Part shown: piece after piece, positions 1 through 8,733 of the stretch
Layout: every line of letters begins with the position of its first letter
How positions within the stretch are numbered: the stretch's first letter is position 1
Origin: an uncultured Lachnospiraceae bacterium
GTDB taxonomy: Bacteria > Bacillota > Clostridia > Lachnospirales > Lachnospiraceae
Length of the DNA: 64,000 nucleotides
Direction of reading: 5' to 3'
Assembly (NCBI GenBank): GCA_944383835.1
Contig: CALWRE010000158.1
Span: forward strand, 6,008 to 70,007
The notes under the pieces: model-generated
The model's input: only the letters and a program-made list of their open reading frames with translations
What the model was told of the DNA's origin: nothing
Databases searched by the model: none
Translations under genes and position numbers: made by a program

Positions 1-1
1 C

Positions 2-1048
2 GAGCAGTATTATTATGAGATGATGTACAGCTACATGTATGGAACAACCGATATCTGGGATTTGCAGGCCGATACGAATCTCACGATGGAGGAAAGCCTG
101 AAGGCAACGGTGATGACGGTGCTTCGCCAGACCTATATCCTCTGCAGCCATGCTGAGGAGCTGGGCGTAAGCTTAAGCGAGGAAGATATCGCCAATGTGG
201 AGGAGACGGCGGACATCAACCTGGAGCAGACCGACGAGGTTCTGCTTTCCGCAATGAACCTGACCAGGGACCGGATGATCGAGATTCTGGAGAAGAATGC
301 CCTGGCCAACCGTGTCTGGGAGGCGGTGGTAGCCGCTGCGGATACCGATATTTCCGATGAGGAGGCCCGTTGCGTAGGGGCGTCCTATGTGCTGGTGGCG
401 GATAACGACGCCTCTTCGGAGGAGGAAACCCAGGCGGAGACCCAGGCCGATGGCACGGAGAACACAGAGAGCACGGGGCAGTCGCCCAAGGTGGTGGCGC
501 AGACCATTTATGACGATGTGAGAAACGGGAACACCCTCTCCGATGCGGCCGAGGCCCAGGGCCTGACGACGGCCAGCGTTACCTATTATACAGGGGATAC
601 CTTTGACGAGGGAAGCCTGGGAGCCCATGCCATAGCCATGGCAGAGGGAGATGTGGAGCTTTTCTACGTGGAAGGCAGCGGCTGGTACGTGCTGTACCTG
701 GATTCTGAGATGGACGAGGATTCCACCGAGGCCCAGAGGCAGAGCATGATTTCGGATGCCCAGGACGCCGTATTTGAGGAGACCTATGCACAGTGGCAGG
801 AGAACTCTCCGGAATTCACCGTGAACGACGATATCTGGAATGCCATTCCCATGGATAACCTCTATGTGATGGAGACGGCTGCCGAGACCGAGAGCAGTGC
901 GGAGACTTCGGCGGAGACCACCGCGGTTGCTGAGACCGAGAGCGGAGCGGAGACAAGCGCAGCGGCCGAGACCACGGCGGCGGAGACGACAGCGTCCGAG
1001 ACTACGGCGGAAGAGACTACGGCGGAAGAGACGACGGCTGCCGAGTAA
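2..1048 (+). CDS. 5'-truncated PrsA/SurA-like peptidyl-prolyl isomerase family protein with low-complexity Ala/Glu/Thr C-terminal tail
   Basis: The frame is open from nt 2 to the window edge. It has a chaperone-like N-part and a degenerate parvulin-like segment (GASYVLV...GWYVLYL). The C-terminus is AETT/AETS repeats. Confidence 0.45.
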   Translation, partial: EQYYYEMMYSYMYGTTDIWDLQADTNLTMEESLKATVMTVLRQTYILCSHAEELGVSLSEEDIANVEETADINLEQTDEVLLSAMNLTRDRMIEILEKNALANRVWEAVVAAADTDISDEEARCVGASYVLVADNDASSEEETQAETQADGTENTESTGQSPKVVAQTIYDDVRNGNTLSDAAEAQGLTTASVTYYTGDTFDEGSLGAHAIAMAEGDVELFYVEGSGWYVLYLDSEMDEDSTEAQRQSMISDAQDAVFEETYAQWQENSPEFTVNDDIWNAIPMDNLYVMETAAETESSAETSAETTAVAETESGAETSAAAETTAAETTASETTAEETTAEETTAAE

Positions 1049-1109
1049 GGAGGCCGTAAAACAATGAAATAATGAACGGCAAGGTTCCTGGGAGATATGA
1101 AAAAGGCCT

Positions 1110-1250
1110 GGGATGAAAAGGGAAACAGGTGGAAAGCCTGTGCGAACCCGTCGCTGTAAAAGGGGAGCGGACCGCGGGAAAGTCACTGGGAAACCGGGAA
1201 GACGCCGGTCGGCAAGGATCCTTGAGCCAGAAGACCTGCCTGCCGTTTAC
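1110..1250 (+). promoter_or_regulatory. Cobalamin (B12) riboswitch aptamer
   Basis: Matches conserved core GGGAAacaGGTGgAAAgCCtgtGCgaaCCCGtcGCTGTAA (1120-1160), a GtCACTGG element (1181-1189) and the B12 box GAGCCAGAAGACCTGCC (1224-1240). The ORF-track N-terminal extension 1113.. covers this RNA and is not coding. Confidence 0.8.
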
Positions 1251-1338
1251 GATACAACACCACGGGTAATTGGCGATTGTAGAACGGAGAATAAGCGGCT
1301 GCATGCAGGCGCTGTTTTCCGTCGCAATATAAACAAAC

Positions 1339-1375
1339 AGCCCTTCCTGTGCGTGCGCCGGGAGGGGCTTTTTTT
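1339..1375 (+). terminator. Intrinsic terminator (expression platform of the B12 riboswitch)
   Basis: Stem AGCCCTTCC / GGAGGGGCT followed by a T7 run, located between the aptamer and the DUF4430 start. Confidence 0.7.
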
Positions 1376-1460
1376 GGTCCGCGGGTTTGTGGCGAAGGAA
1401 AGAATCTTCCCGGTCCGCTACCGGCGCAAAGCAGGAAGAGGACAGGAGGATGATTATATT

Positions 1461-1871
1461 ATGGAAGAGAAGAAAAACAGCAAGAACAAAAAAGGTCTGC
1501 TGGCGGTGCTGGTGCTGATCGTGGCAGTGGCGGCTGCGGCTGCCGTCTATATGGCGACCCGTCCGGCGGCAAGCGATGGCGACAAGAGCATTGTCGTCGA
1601 GGTGGTGCACAAGGACGGAGAATCAAAGGAATTCCGCTATGATACGGACGCGGCGTATCTGCGGGAGGTGCTGGAGCCGGCGGGTCTGATTGCCGGCAGC
1701 GATTCGGAGTATGGGATGTTCGTCGAAACGGTAGACGGATACACGGCGGATTCTTCTAACGAAGAGTGGTGGTGCTTTACCAAGGATGGAGAGATGCTGA
1801 GTACGGGAGTGGATACGACGCCGGTGACGGACGGAGGTCATTTTGAGATTACGCTGACGGTAGGATATTGA
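1461..1871 (+). CDS. DUF4430-like (transcobalamin/intrinsic-factor beta-domain-like) membrane-anchored protein
   Basis: ATG at 1461 is preceded by AGGAGGA. It has an N-terminal TM/signal segment (LLAVLVLIVAVAAAAAVY), then the motif pattern YGMFVETVDGY...WWCFTKDGE...G typical of DUF4430. It sits downstream of a B12 riboswitch. Confidence 0.7.
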   Translation: MEEKKNSKNKKGLLAVLVLIVAVAAAAAVYMATRPAASDGDKSIVVEVVHKDGESKEFRYDTDAAYLREVLEPAGLIAGSDSEYGMFVETVDGYTADSSNEEWWCFTKDGEMLSTGVDTTPVTDGGHFEITLTVGY

Positions 1872-1872
1872 T

Positions 1873-2373
1873 GTGAAGGCAAAGGAATTGGCTGTTTTAG
1901 CCCTGCTGGGAGCCATTCTGCATGCAAGTCAGGCGGCGATGGCGTTTCTCCCCAATATTGAGCCGGTGTCGATTCTGATTTTGGTGTATACCCTGCACTT
2001 CGGGCGAAAGACACTGGCGACGGTGTACGCCTACGTCCTTTTGCAGGGGGTGACCTACGGCTTTGGGCTGTGGTGGTTTATGTACCTCTATGTCTGGGCG
2101 ATCCTGTACCTGGTGGTGCGGCTGTTTCGCCGGAATGATTCGGTCTTAATCTGGGCTGTGATAAACGGCTTATTCGGCCTCTGCTTTGGGGCCCTTTGCT
2201 CCCTGCCCTACCTGCTCATCGGCGGGCCCGCGACAGCCCTGGCCTGGTGGGTGTCCGGGCTGCCTTTTGATATCCTGCACTGCGCTGGAAATTTCGCCCT
2301 GACGCTGGCTCTGTACCGGCCGCTGACGCGGGTGATGCGGCTGCTGAAAGCAAAGGTTCTGTACGATGTGTAG
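1873..2373 (+). CDS. Small polytopic membrane protein, ECF S-component-like (candidate corrinoid transporter component)
   Basis: GTG start 2 nt after the DUF4430 stop. It has 5-6 hydrophobic helices and is co-transcribed with DUF4430 under the B12 riboswitch. The family assignment is tentative. Confidence 0.5.
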   Translation: MKAKELAVLALLGAILHASQAAMAFLPNIEPVSILILVYTLHFGRKTLATVYAYVLLQGVTYGFGLWWFMYLYVWAILYLVVRLFRRNDSVLIWAVINGLFGLCFGALCSLPYLLIGGPATALAWWVSGLPFDILHCAGNFALTLALYRPLTRVMRLLKAKVLYDV

Positions 2374-2404
2374 AAACCAAAGAAAGAGAGTGGAGAAAGT
2401 TCCA

Positions 2405-2431
2405 AGAGAGCGGAAAACCGCTCTCTTTTTT
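2405..2431. terminator. Intrinsic terminator between convergent genes
   Basis: Stem AGAGAGCGG / CCGCTCTCT, loop AAAA, then a T run. Confidence 0.6.
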
Positions 2432-3176
2432 AATGGCAGCGGTCCTGGTATTCGGAAGGGGACATGCCCACCAGCTTTTTGAAGGTGCTGCCGAAATAGG
2501 CCACGTCCCGGTAGCCGACCAGCTCCGCCACCTCGTAGACCTTGCGGCGGCAGTCCCGCAGAAGGTTCATGGCCATATGGATCCGGTATTGGGTGAGGTA
2601 GCCGATGATCGTATAGCTGGTCTCCTTCTTGAAAATGTGGCTCAAATGGCTCTCGCTGACGCCCAGGTGTCGGGCGATGGGGGTGATGCTGATATCCTGG
2701 TCCCGGTAGTGTTCGGAGATATAATTCATGGCCTGCAGCACATATTTGCTCTTGTCCCCCTTGGGCAGAGGGAGCAGGTCGCCGGGGGTCAGGGCGGTTT
2801 GCTCCTCCTCCCGTTCATGGATGCGGCCGATGGCGGCGGCCAGCTCCTGATCGCGGAAGGGCTTGAGCAGGTAGTCCACGGCTCCCAGCTGCAGGGCGCT
2901 GCGGGCGTATTCAAAGTCGCTGTAGGCGGTCAGCAGGATCACATAGGCGCGGCAGCCCTGGGCCCGCAGTTCGCGGACCATTTGCAGGCCGTCCATCTTC
3001 GGCATGCGCACATCGGTGATGATCAGGTTGGGATTGTACCGTTTGACGGCGGCCAGCCCTTCTTCCCCATTGGAGGCCTCCCCGGCCACAATGCAGCCCA
3101 TGGAGGCCCAGTTTACGCCCAGGACAATTCCTTTGCGGACGACGGGCTCATCGTCTACTACCAGTACTTTAAGCAT
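2430..3176 (-). CDS. Response regulator, receiver + AraC-type HTH (YesN-like)
   Basis: Start MLKVLVVDDEP overlaps the kinase stop. It has receiver aspartates and DVRMPKMDG, with a C-terminal AraC HTH (ARHLGVSESHLSHIFKK...YFGSTFKK). Confidence 0.9.
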   Translation of the reverse strand: MLKVLVVDDEPVVRKGIVLGVNWASMGCIVAGEASNGEEGLAAVKRYNPNLIITDVRMPKMDGLQMVRELRAQGCRAYVILLTAYSDFEYARSALQLGAVDYLLKPFRDQELAAAIGRIHEREEEQTALTPGDLLPLPKGDKSKYVLQAMNYISEHYRDQDISITPIARHLGVSESHLSHIFKKETSYTIIGYLTQYRIHMAMNLLRDCRRKVYEVAELVGYRDVAYFGSTFKKLVGMSPSEYQDRCH

Positions 3177-4872
3177 TTTCGTCTCTCCTCCTTTGTATCG
3201 GCAGCCGCAGGGTGGCGCAGCAGCCCTCTCCCGGCCGGGACTGAATGGAGAGGCCGTAGGGCTCCCCAAAGTGCAGCCGGATAATACTATTCACATTGAA
3301 TAACCCCAGATGGGAACCGCGGCTGGAGGGGTCTTTTTCCGGCCGGCGGTTTAAGTCTGCAAGCTGTCCGGGAGGGATGCCGCAGCCGTTGTCCGATACG
3401 GACAGAAACAGGTCGCCGTCCTTTGCCTCGGCCCAGAGCTTGATGTAGCCGTCGTTTTTATCCGCTACCCCGTGGATGATGGCGTTTTCCACCAGGGGCT
3501 GCAGAACCATCTTGGGAATCAGGCAGCTCTGGAATTCCTCGGGAATATCGATCTCACAGGTGAAGCGATCCTCGAAGCGGATGGATTGGATGGCCAGATA
3601 GCGGTCAATAAGCTCCAGCTCCTGCTCCAAGGTAATGATTTCGTCTCCGGAAATGCCGGCTCGCAGGATAATGGCCAGGTCGGAGGCCAGCTCTGCAATC
3701 TGCGGGACGTGGTGGGCGACGCCCAGCCATTTCATGGTGTCTAGGGTATTGTAGAGAAAATGGGGGTTGAGCTGGGCCTGCAGCATCCGCAGCTGAGTAT
3801 CGTTGAGTTCCTTCTGCCTGGCCACGGACCGGGACAGATTCATCCGGTATTCATCGGTCATGTGATTGAAGCTGCCCACCAGCCGCCCGAATTCGTCCTC
3901 CCTGCTGGTATCCAGATGGACGTTGTAATTGCCCTTCTGCACTTCGCCCATGGCCTCGTCCAGCTGCCGGATCGGACGGAACAGGCGGCGGCTCAGAAGC
4001 CAGGCGCACCACAGGCAGAGGAGGAGGCACAGAAGCCCCATCAGAAGGCTGACGGCGTAGATGGTATGCACGACGGTGGAGGTAAAGGTCATCGGCTGCT
4101 GGAGAATCAGAGCCATGCCGGATTCCGGATGGGAGGATGCATAGTAATAGTAATCGCCTCCGGCTCCGGTCAGCTCCTCCCCGGCAAGAAACTGCCGGCG
4201 CAGGCTTTCCGTCACGTTCTCCGCCTGGGCGGGCTGCGAGTGATAAATCGGCCACCAGAAGGGATCCATCAGGATAATATCGCTGGCTGCCGCGTACAGG
4301 TTTTGAAAGAGAAGGTCAAAGTTTTCGGAGGTCATGGACGCCGTCAGATAGCCCAGGATGCTGCCGTCGTAGCTTCGCACGGCGCGGGCGGCGGTCAGGG
4401 CCAGATTCCCATCCCCGGAGCGAAAGACCAGGCCCTCGGCCTGCGAAGCAGCGTAGAGGATATCCCAGCCGGTGCTTAAAGCGCCTGTGGGAACCGTTGC
4501 ATCCGTGGTGTAGAGGCAGAGGCCTTCGCTGTCATAGATATCGAAGCGTGCGTACTCCCTTTCATCGTCGGTGACCCGGAACAGGAGCTGGTAGAGGACG
4601 CGGGAATCCGCATTTTTCTGGCGGAGGACGCTGCGCACCGCGGTGCTTTCGCATAAGTCCCCCGTTATTTCCTCGAAGGAGAGAAGGAGGCTGTCCAGGG
4701 CCTCGTCCAGGGCGGAGAGCTGGCTGCGGGCCTCCCTTGCCAGGCTGACCTCGCTGCGGACCACTTGCATCTGCATCATCAGAACATTGCAGAACAGTAG
4801 GGGCAGGAGGGTGACCAGAAGAAGGGTCAGGAAAATCTGGTTGCGGAAGGAGCGGCGAATCCATCGTTTCAT
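3169..4872 (-). CDS. Sensor histidine kinase (YesM/LytS-like: 2 TM, HAMP, His_kinase, HATPase)
   Basis: Has an N-terminal TM, a large extracytoplasmic domain and a second TM, then HAMP (RPIRQLDEAMGEV), an H-box QLNPHFLYNTL and an ATPase N/G-box (ENAIIHG...DNGCGI). There is an ATGA overlap with the upstream SBP gene. Confidence 0.9.
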   Translation of the reverse strand: MKRWIRRSFRNQIFLTLLLVTLLPLLFCNVLMMQMQVVRSEVSLAREARSQLSALDEALDSLLLSFEEITGDLCESTAVRSVLRQKNADSRVLYQLLFRVTDDEREYARFDIYDSEGLCLYTTDATVPTGALSTGWDILYAASQAEGLVFRSGDGNLALTAARAVRSYDGSILGYLTASMTSENFDLLFQNLYAAASDIILMDPFWWPIYHSQPAQAENVTESLRRQFLAGEELTGAGGDYYYYASSHPESGMALILQQPMTFTSTVVHTIYAVSLLMGLLCLLLCLWCAWLLSRRLFRPIRQLDEAMGEVQKGNYNVHLDTSREDEFGRLVGSFNHMTDEYRMNLSRSVARQKELNDTQLRMLQAQLNPHFLYNTLDTMKWLGVAHHVPQIAELASDLAIILRAGISGDEIITLEQELELIDRYLAIQSIRFEDRFTCEIDIPEEFQSCLIPKMVLQPLVENAIIHGVADKNDGYIKLWAEAKDGDLFLSVSDNGCGIPPGQLADLNRRPEKDPSSRGSHLGLFNVNSIIRLHFGEPYGLSIQSRPGEGCCATLRLPIQRRRDENA

Positions 4873-5972
4873 TGGCGTTCCTCCTCCCAAATCTGTTCCC
4901 AGGACTGAAGAATCTCCTCCTGGCTTTCAGAAGACAGGACAAGGTCATAGGGGAAGAGGTCAAAATCCGCCTCCGCCCCCTCCGGCAAAAGGTCGCCCGA
5001 AACCGGGCGGCGCAGGCAGGTCTGCCGGATATATTCCTGTGCGTCTTGGCTCAGAAGAAAATCGATGAAGGCCTGGGCGTTTTCCTCGTGGGCGCAGCCT
5101 TTCAGGACGGCGGCCCCGTCCGCTACGGCGCAGACGCCCTGGGAGGGGTAGACGACGGCGATGTCATAGCCGGCTTCCATGGCCCGCAGGGCGTCGTCCT
5201 CCCCGGTAATGCCGATATAGCAGTTGCCGTTGGCTACCTCACGGATCACATCGCTGGAGGAGGCGAGAAGTTTTCCGCCCAAGTTGGCGGCAAAGGCCCG
5301 CAGGATCTCCTCCTCGCTTCCGGGCAGGGCCTGAAGGAGGGAGGCCAATACGGTGTAGCTGGCGTCGGAGGCGGAAGGATCGGCAAAGGCAATCCGCCCC
5401 ATCCATGCCGGATCCAGCAGGCTGTCCATGCCGGAAGGAGGATGGACCCGCGCAAGCTTGGGATTGTAGATCAGAACCAGAGGGACGATGGAGAAGGGGG
5501 TCGAGGTTCCATCCGGCGGAAGGCAGGTAATCTGCATCTCTTCCAGCAGGCTGCTTTGATAGGCGGAAAACAGTTCCGTATGGGCGGCCAGGCTGTCTGC
5601 CCTTGCACCGAACAAAAGATCCCAGTCAGGGGAGCCCTCCGCCCCGCGGATCTCTTCCAGCAACTCCAGGGTTTCCCCGGTTTCCACTGTGACCCAGATG
5701 CCTGTCCTCGCTTCAAACTCCCGGACGATCGGCTCGTAGACGGAGGGAGAAAGAGAGGTGCAGATATGCAGGCGGGCGTCCTCCGCTGGAGGTTCGAGGG
5801 TGCGGGAGGAGGCGTCCGGCTGGCTGCAGCCGGACAAAAGGAGAAGGAAGCTGGCGGCGGCCATCAGCGCAGCCCACCGTTTTATCCTCCCCTTCTTTCC
5901 CAATACTGTCCAAGCATTCCTCTTTATTGTGCTTTTCTTTATCGTGCTTTTCTTTATTGTGCCTCTCTTCAT
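4869..5972 (-). CDS. Lipoprotein, ABC-type substrate-binding protein fold (Fbp/Afu/thiamine-like), likely sensory partner of the kinase
   Basis: Has lipobox LLLSGC and SBP-like sequence (ICTSLSPSVYEPIVREFEARTGIWV...LLFGA...). The stop overlaps the kinase start. The start is uncertain: Met at 5972 gives a long basic n-region, and 5864 is an alternative. Confidence 0.65.
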   Translation of the reverse strand: MKRGTIKKSTIKKSTIKRNAWTVLGKKGRIKRWAALMAAASFLLLLSGCSQPDASSRTLEPPAEDARLHICTSLSPSVYEPIVREFEARTGIWVTVETGETLELLEEIRGAEGSPDWDLLFGARADSLAAHTELFSAYQSSLLEEMQITCLPPDGTSTPFSIVPLVLIYNPKLARVHPPSGMDSLLDPAWMGRIAFADPSASDASYTVLASLLQALPGSEEEILRAFAANLGGKLLASSSDVIREVANGNCYIGITGEDDALRAMEAGYDIAVVYPSQGVCAVADGAAVLKGCAHEENAQAFIDFLLSQDAQEYIRQTCLRRPVSGDLLPEGAEADFDLFPYDLVLSSESQEEILQSWEQIWEEERQ

Positions 5973-5992
5973 TGCGCTCTTCTTCCTCGTGC
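5918..5992. repeat. Five tandem 15-bp units (consensus on + strand TTTTCTTTATYGTGC)
   Basis: Units at 5918, 5933, 5948, 5963 and 5978. On the minus strand they read as in-frame basic pentapeptides (GTRKK SAMKR GTIKK STIKK STIKR). Confidence 0.8.
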
Positions 5993-6292
5993 CCCTTTTC
6001 CTTGTTTCCCTCTTCCGTCCGGCTTCCCGCCGTATTGAAAATTTTCCGGAATCTTTACTTTTATTATACATAATCTTTTCCAAAAGCACAAATCTATTTC
6101 GGAAGTCTTGCGGAGGCCTCTTGCAAATATGGCAAAAATGCACATAAAAGTCATATAAACAGAAGAAATTATGGATAGTTTTAACAGAATATCCGCAATA
6201 AAAGCAGTTTTGTCCTGTTTCCATGGAAAGAGGATTCCTTTAGAATATAAATATAACTATTAGTGTCTTTTTTAAGAAAAGGAGAAAGAGAT

Positions 6293-7579
6293 ATGAAAAA
6301 GGTTCTTGCATTACTGCTGGCCCTTGCCATGGTGCTCTCGCTGGCTGCCTGTTCCGGCGGCGGGGATGAGACGGCGGCGGGCGGAGGAGAAACCTCCGGC
6401 GGCGGCTCCGCAGAGACTTCTGGCGGCGGCGACTCCGAGGAGGTAAAGGATTATTCCGACTATACGATCCGCATCTACTCGAATTCCAACTCCACCGAGA
6501 GAGCCACCTGGCTGGTCAATGAGGCCAGAGACGCAGGTTTCACAATCTCGATGGATGACAACAGCGTCATCTCCGGCGATACGGCCGTGATTTCCGCTGC
6601 TAATGAAAACCAGGACGGCGACCTGATCTTCGGCCTCAATGAGACCCGCTGGAGCCAGCTGGTCGACGGCGTCTATGAGAATCTGTCCCTGGTTGAGTGG
6701 ACTCCTTCCTGGGCGGAGGAGGTCGGCGAGTACGCGTATCCCGGCTATGCCTACGGCCTGGTTATCCAGAACATCCTGATGCTCTACCGCACCGACGAAT
6801 ACGGTACCAACGGGGAAACCCTTCATTTTGAGCATTGGGCCGACATCGTGGACTGCGGCTACACCTGGTACCGCCAGGGAAAGGTGGGCGGCACTACCAA
6901 TTCCAACATCAACAACTCCATGCTGTATTCCTTCGTGGATCCCGATTCCCCTGCGGGCGGCATCTCCGTGGACGGCTGGAGAACATTATGGCAGTATTGC
7001 CAGAACGGTGTATTCACCGGTGACGACTATGGCTTCGACGCATTAAACCGCGGCGACGTCCAGGTTTCCACCTTCTATTCTTCCTCTCTGTACGGCAATA
7101 TTGACGCGGCGGGGGAGAGCTCCGAGCATCCGCTGCTTGGCACCCTGGAGCCGGAGAACTGGGATCTGGTGCAGATCGACGACGGCACCTACTACATCGC
7201 TGAGTACATCGGCATCCTGGATAAGGAAGGACGTACCGAGGAGGAGACCGAGGCGGTTATGGCCTTTGCCGAGTGGTTTGGTTCCGCCGACGTGCAGGCT
7301 GCATGGGGCGAAGAGTTCGATTCCTATCCCTGCAACCAGGCAGCCGCCGAGATCCTGTATCCCGACGGAGTACCGTCCATCTACACGCTGCCGAACTTCG
7401 CTCTGACGGAGGTCGAGGGCACCGGCATGACCTATGCGGAATACGTTGCCGCGCACTCCAGCGAGTGGACCAACATCATGACCAACCTGGGCTTCTACTG
7501 GGCCGATATGAACAGCCCGAATCCGGAGCCTGACTGGGATAACCTTGACTGGGCTACACTGACACAGGCCGCATCCTGA
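6293..7579 (+). CDS. ABC transporter substrate-binding lipoprotein (Fbp/Afu-type family)
   Basis: RBS AAGGAGAAAGAG, then signal plus lipobox LSLAAC and a Gly/Ser/Glu linker followed by an SBP fold. It is the first gene of the operon with the ATPase and the fused permease. Confidence 0.85.
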   Translation: MKKVLALLLALAMVLSLAACSGGGDETAAGGGETSGGGSAETSGGGDSEEVKDYSDYTIRIYSNSNSTERATWLVNEARDAGFTISMDDNSVISGDTAVISAANENQDGDLIFGLNETRWSQLVDGVYENLSLVEWTPSWAEEVGEYAYPGYAYGLVIQNILMLYRTDEYGTNGETLHFEHWADIVDCGYTWYRQGKVGGTTNSNINNSMLYSFVDPDSPAGGISVDGWRTLWQYCQNGVFTGDDYGFDALNRGDVQVSTFYSSSLYGNIDAAGESSEHPLLGTLEPENWDLVQIDDGTYYIAEYIGILDKEGRTEEETEAVMAFAEWFGSADVQAAWGEEFDSYPCNQAAAEILYPDGVPSIYTLPNFALTEVEGTGMTYAEYVAAHSSEWTNIMTNLGFYWADMNSPNPEPDWDNLDWATLTQAAS

Positions 7580-7698
7580 CAAGTACGGCCGGTAAGCTGA
7601 AAGGATAATTTGTCGATTATGTGTCGATTATGGCGGGCCGGATTTCCGGCTCGCCATGTCTTTGACGGACGTACAGAATAGAAAAGGAGTTGTCACGT

Positions 7699-8733
7699 AT
7701 GATCAGGCTCAATGACATCGTAGTAAAATTCGGGGATTTTACTGCCCTGCACAATATCAACGTACATGTGAAGGAGGGAGAGTTTTTCACCTTCTTAGGC
7801 CCCTCCGGCTGCGGGAAGACCACGACGCTGCGGACGCTGACCGGCTTTATTGATCCGGTGCAGGGGTCGGTGATGGTCGGCGGAAAGGATATCACCCATG
7901 TTCCCATCGAGGAGAGGAATATCGGCATGGTATTCCAGAGCTACGCCCTCTTTCCGACAATGACGGTGTACGACAACATTGCCTTTGGCCTAAAGGTAAA
8001 GAAATTGAAGAAGGCGGAGATCGACCGCAAGGTGCGGGAGCTGGCGAAGAAGGTGGACTTGACCGACGATCAGCTGAAAAAAGCGGTTTCCCAGCTGTCC
8101 GGTGGCCAGCAGCAGCGGGTGGCCATCGCCCGCGCCCTGGTTACCGATCCGTCGATTATTTGCATGGACGAACCCCTTTCCAACCTGGACGCAAAGCTCC
8201 GCGTACAGCTGCGCAACGAGCTGAAAAAGATGCAGGAGGACTTTGGCATCACCACGATCTACGTGACCCATGACCAGGAGGAGGCCCTGACCCTCTCCGA
8301 CCGCATCGCCGTTTTCAACAAGGGAGTAATCGAACAGGTGGGAACCCCCAACGAGGTCTATAACCATTCGGCCACCGAGTTCGTCTGCAACTTCATCGGC
8401 GATATCAACCGGCTGTCCACCGAGGTAGTGGACGAGATGAACCGCAGAGGGGGAAGCGTGGACAGAGGGGCCCACAACTATATCCGCCTGGAGCGCATTC
8501 ATGTCAATGTGGAACCGAAGGAAGGGGATATGTGCTTTAAGGGAACCGTGCAGAAGCGGGAATACTACGGCCTCTATATCAAATATTACATCGATCTGGG
8601 TTCTCAGATCATCAAGGTAATCGAGAAGAATGACGGCATCAATATCTACGAGGCAGGACAGACCGTGGAGGCGGTGATGAATCCCAGGGATATCATGGCC
8701 TACCCGGCGGGAGGCGAGGAGGTGGCTTCATGA
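7699..8733 (+). CDS. ABC transporter ATP-binding protein (PotA/FbpC/AfuC-like)
   Basis: Walker [10 protein letters not shown], signature LSGGQQQR, Walker B IICMDEP and H-loop VTHD, with a C-terminal TOBE-like domain. Confidence 0.9.
   Translation: MIRLNDIVVKFGDFTALHNINVHVKEGEFFTFLGPSGCGKTTTLRTLTGFIDPVQGSVMVGGKDITHVPIEERNIGMVFQSYALFPTMTVYDNIAFGLKVKKLKKAEIDRKVRELAKKVDLTDDQLKKAVSQLSGGQQQRVAIARALVTDPSIICMDEPLSNLDAKLRVQLRNELKKMQEDFGITTIYVTHDQEEALTLSDRIAVFNKGVIEQVGTPNEVYNHSATEFVCNFIGDINRLSTEVVDEMNRRGGSVDRGAHNYIRLERIHVNVEPKEGDMCFKGTVQKREYYGLYIKYYIDLGSQIIKVIEKNDGINIYEAGQTVEAVMNPRDIMAYPAGGEEVAS

Noticed and set aside
173-1186. Long antisense or alternative-frame ORFs throughout the track (e.g. 173-1186 -, 2433-3284 +, 4872-6038 +, 13722-14585 +, 20938-22428 -, 22394-23359 +, 23934-25016 -, 24970-26196 -, 32367-33443 -, 36700-37704 -, 38312-39313 -, 40627-41616 -, 47509-48735 -, 50962-51981 -, 51867-52967 -, 53973-54998 -, 61890-63005 +)
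   Set aside because: Each lies opposite to, or out of frame with, a gene that has clear family motifs. Their translations are Arg/Gly/Pro/His-rich low-complexity strings typical of shadow ORFs in GC-rich DNA, and none has a convincing RBS.
1113-1460. N-terminal 116 codons of ORF 1113-1871
   Set aside because: This stretch is the cobalamin riboswitch and its terminator. The real start is the ATG at 1461 with an AGGAGGA RBS.
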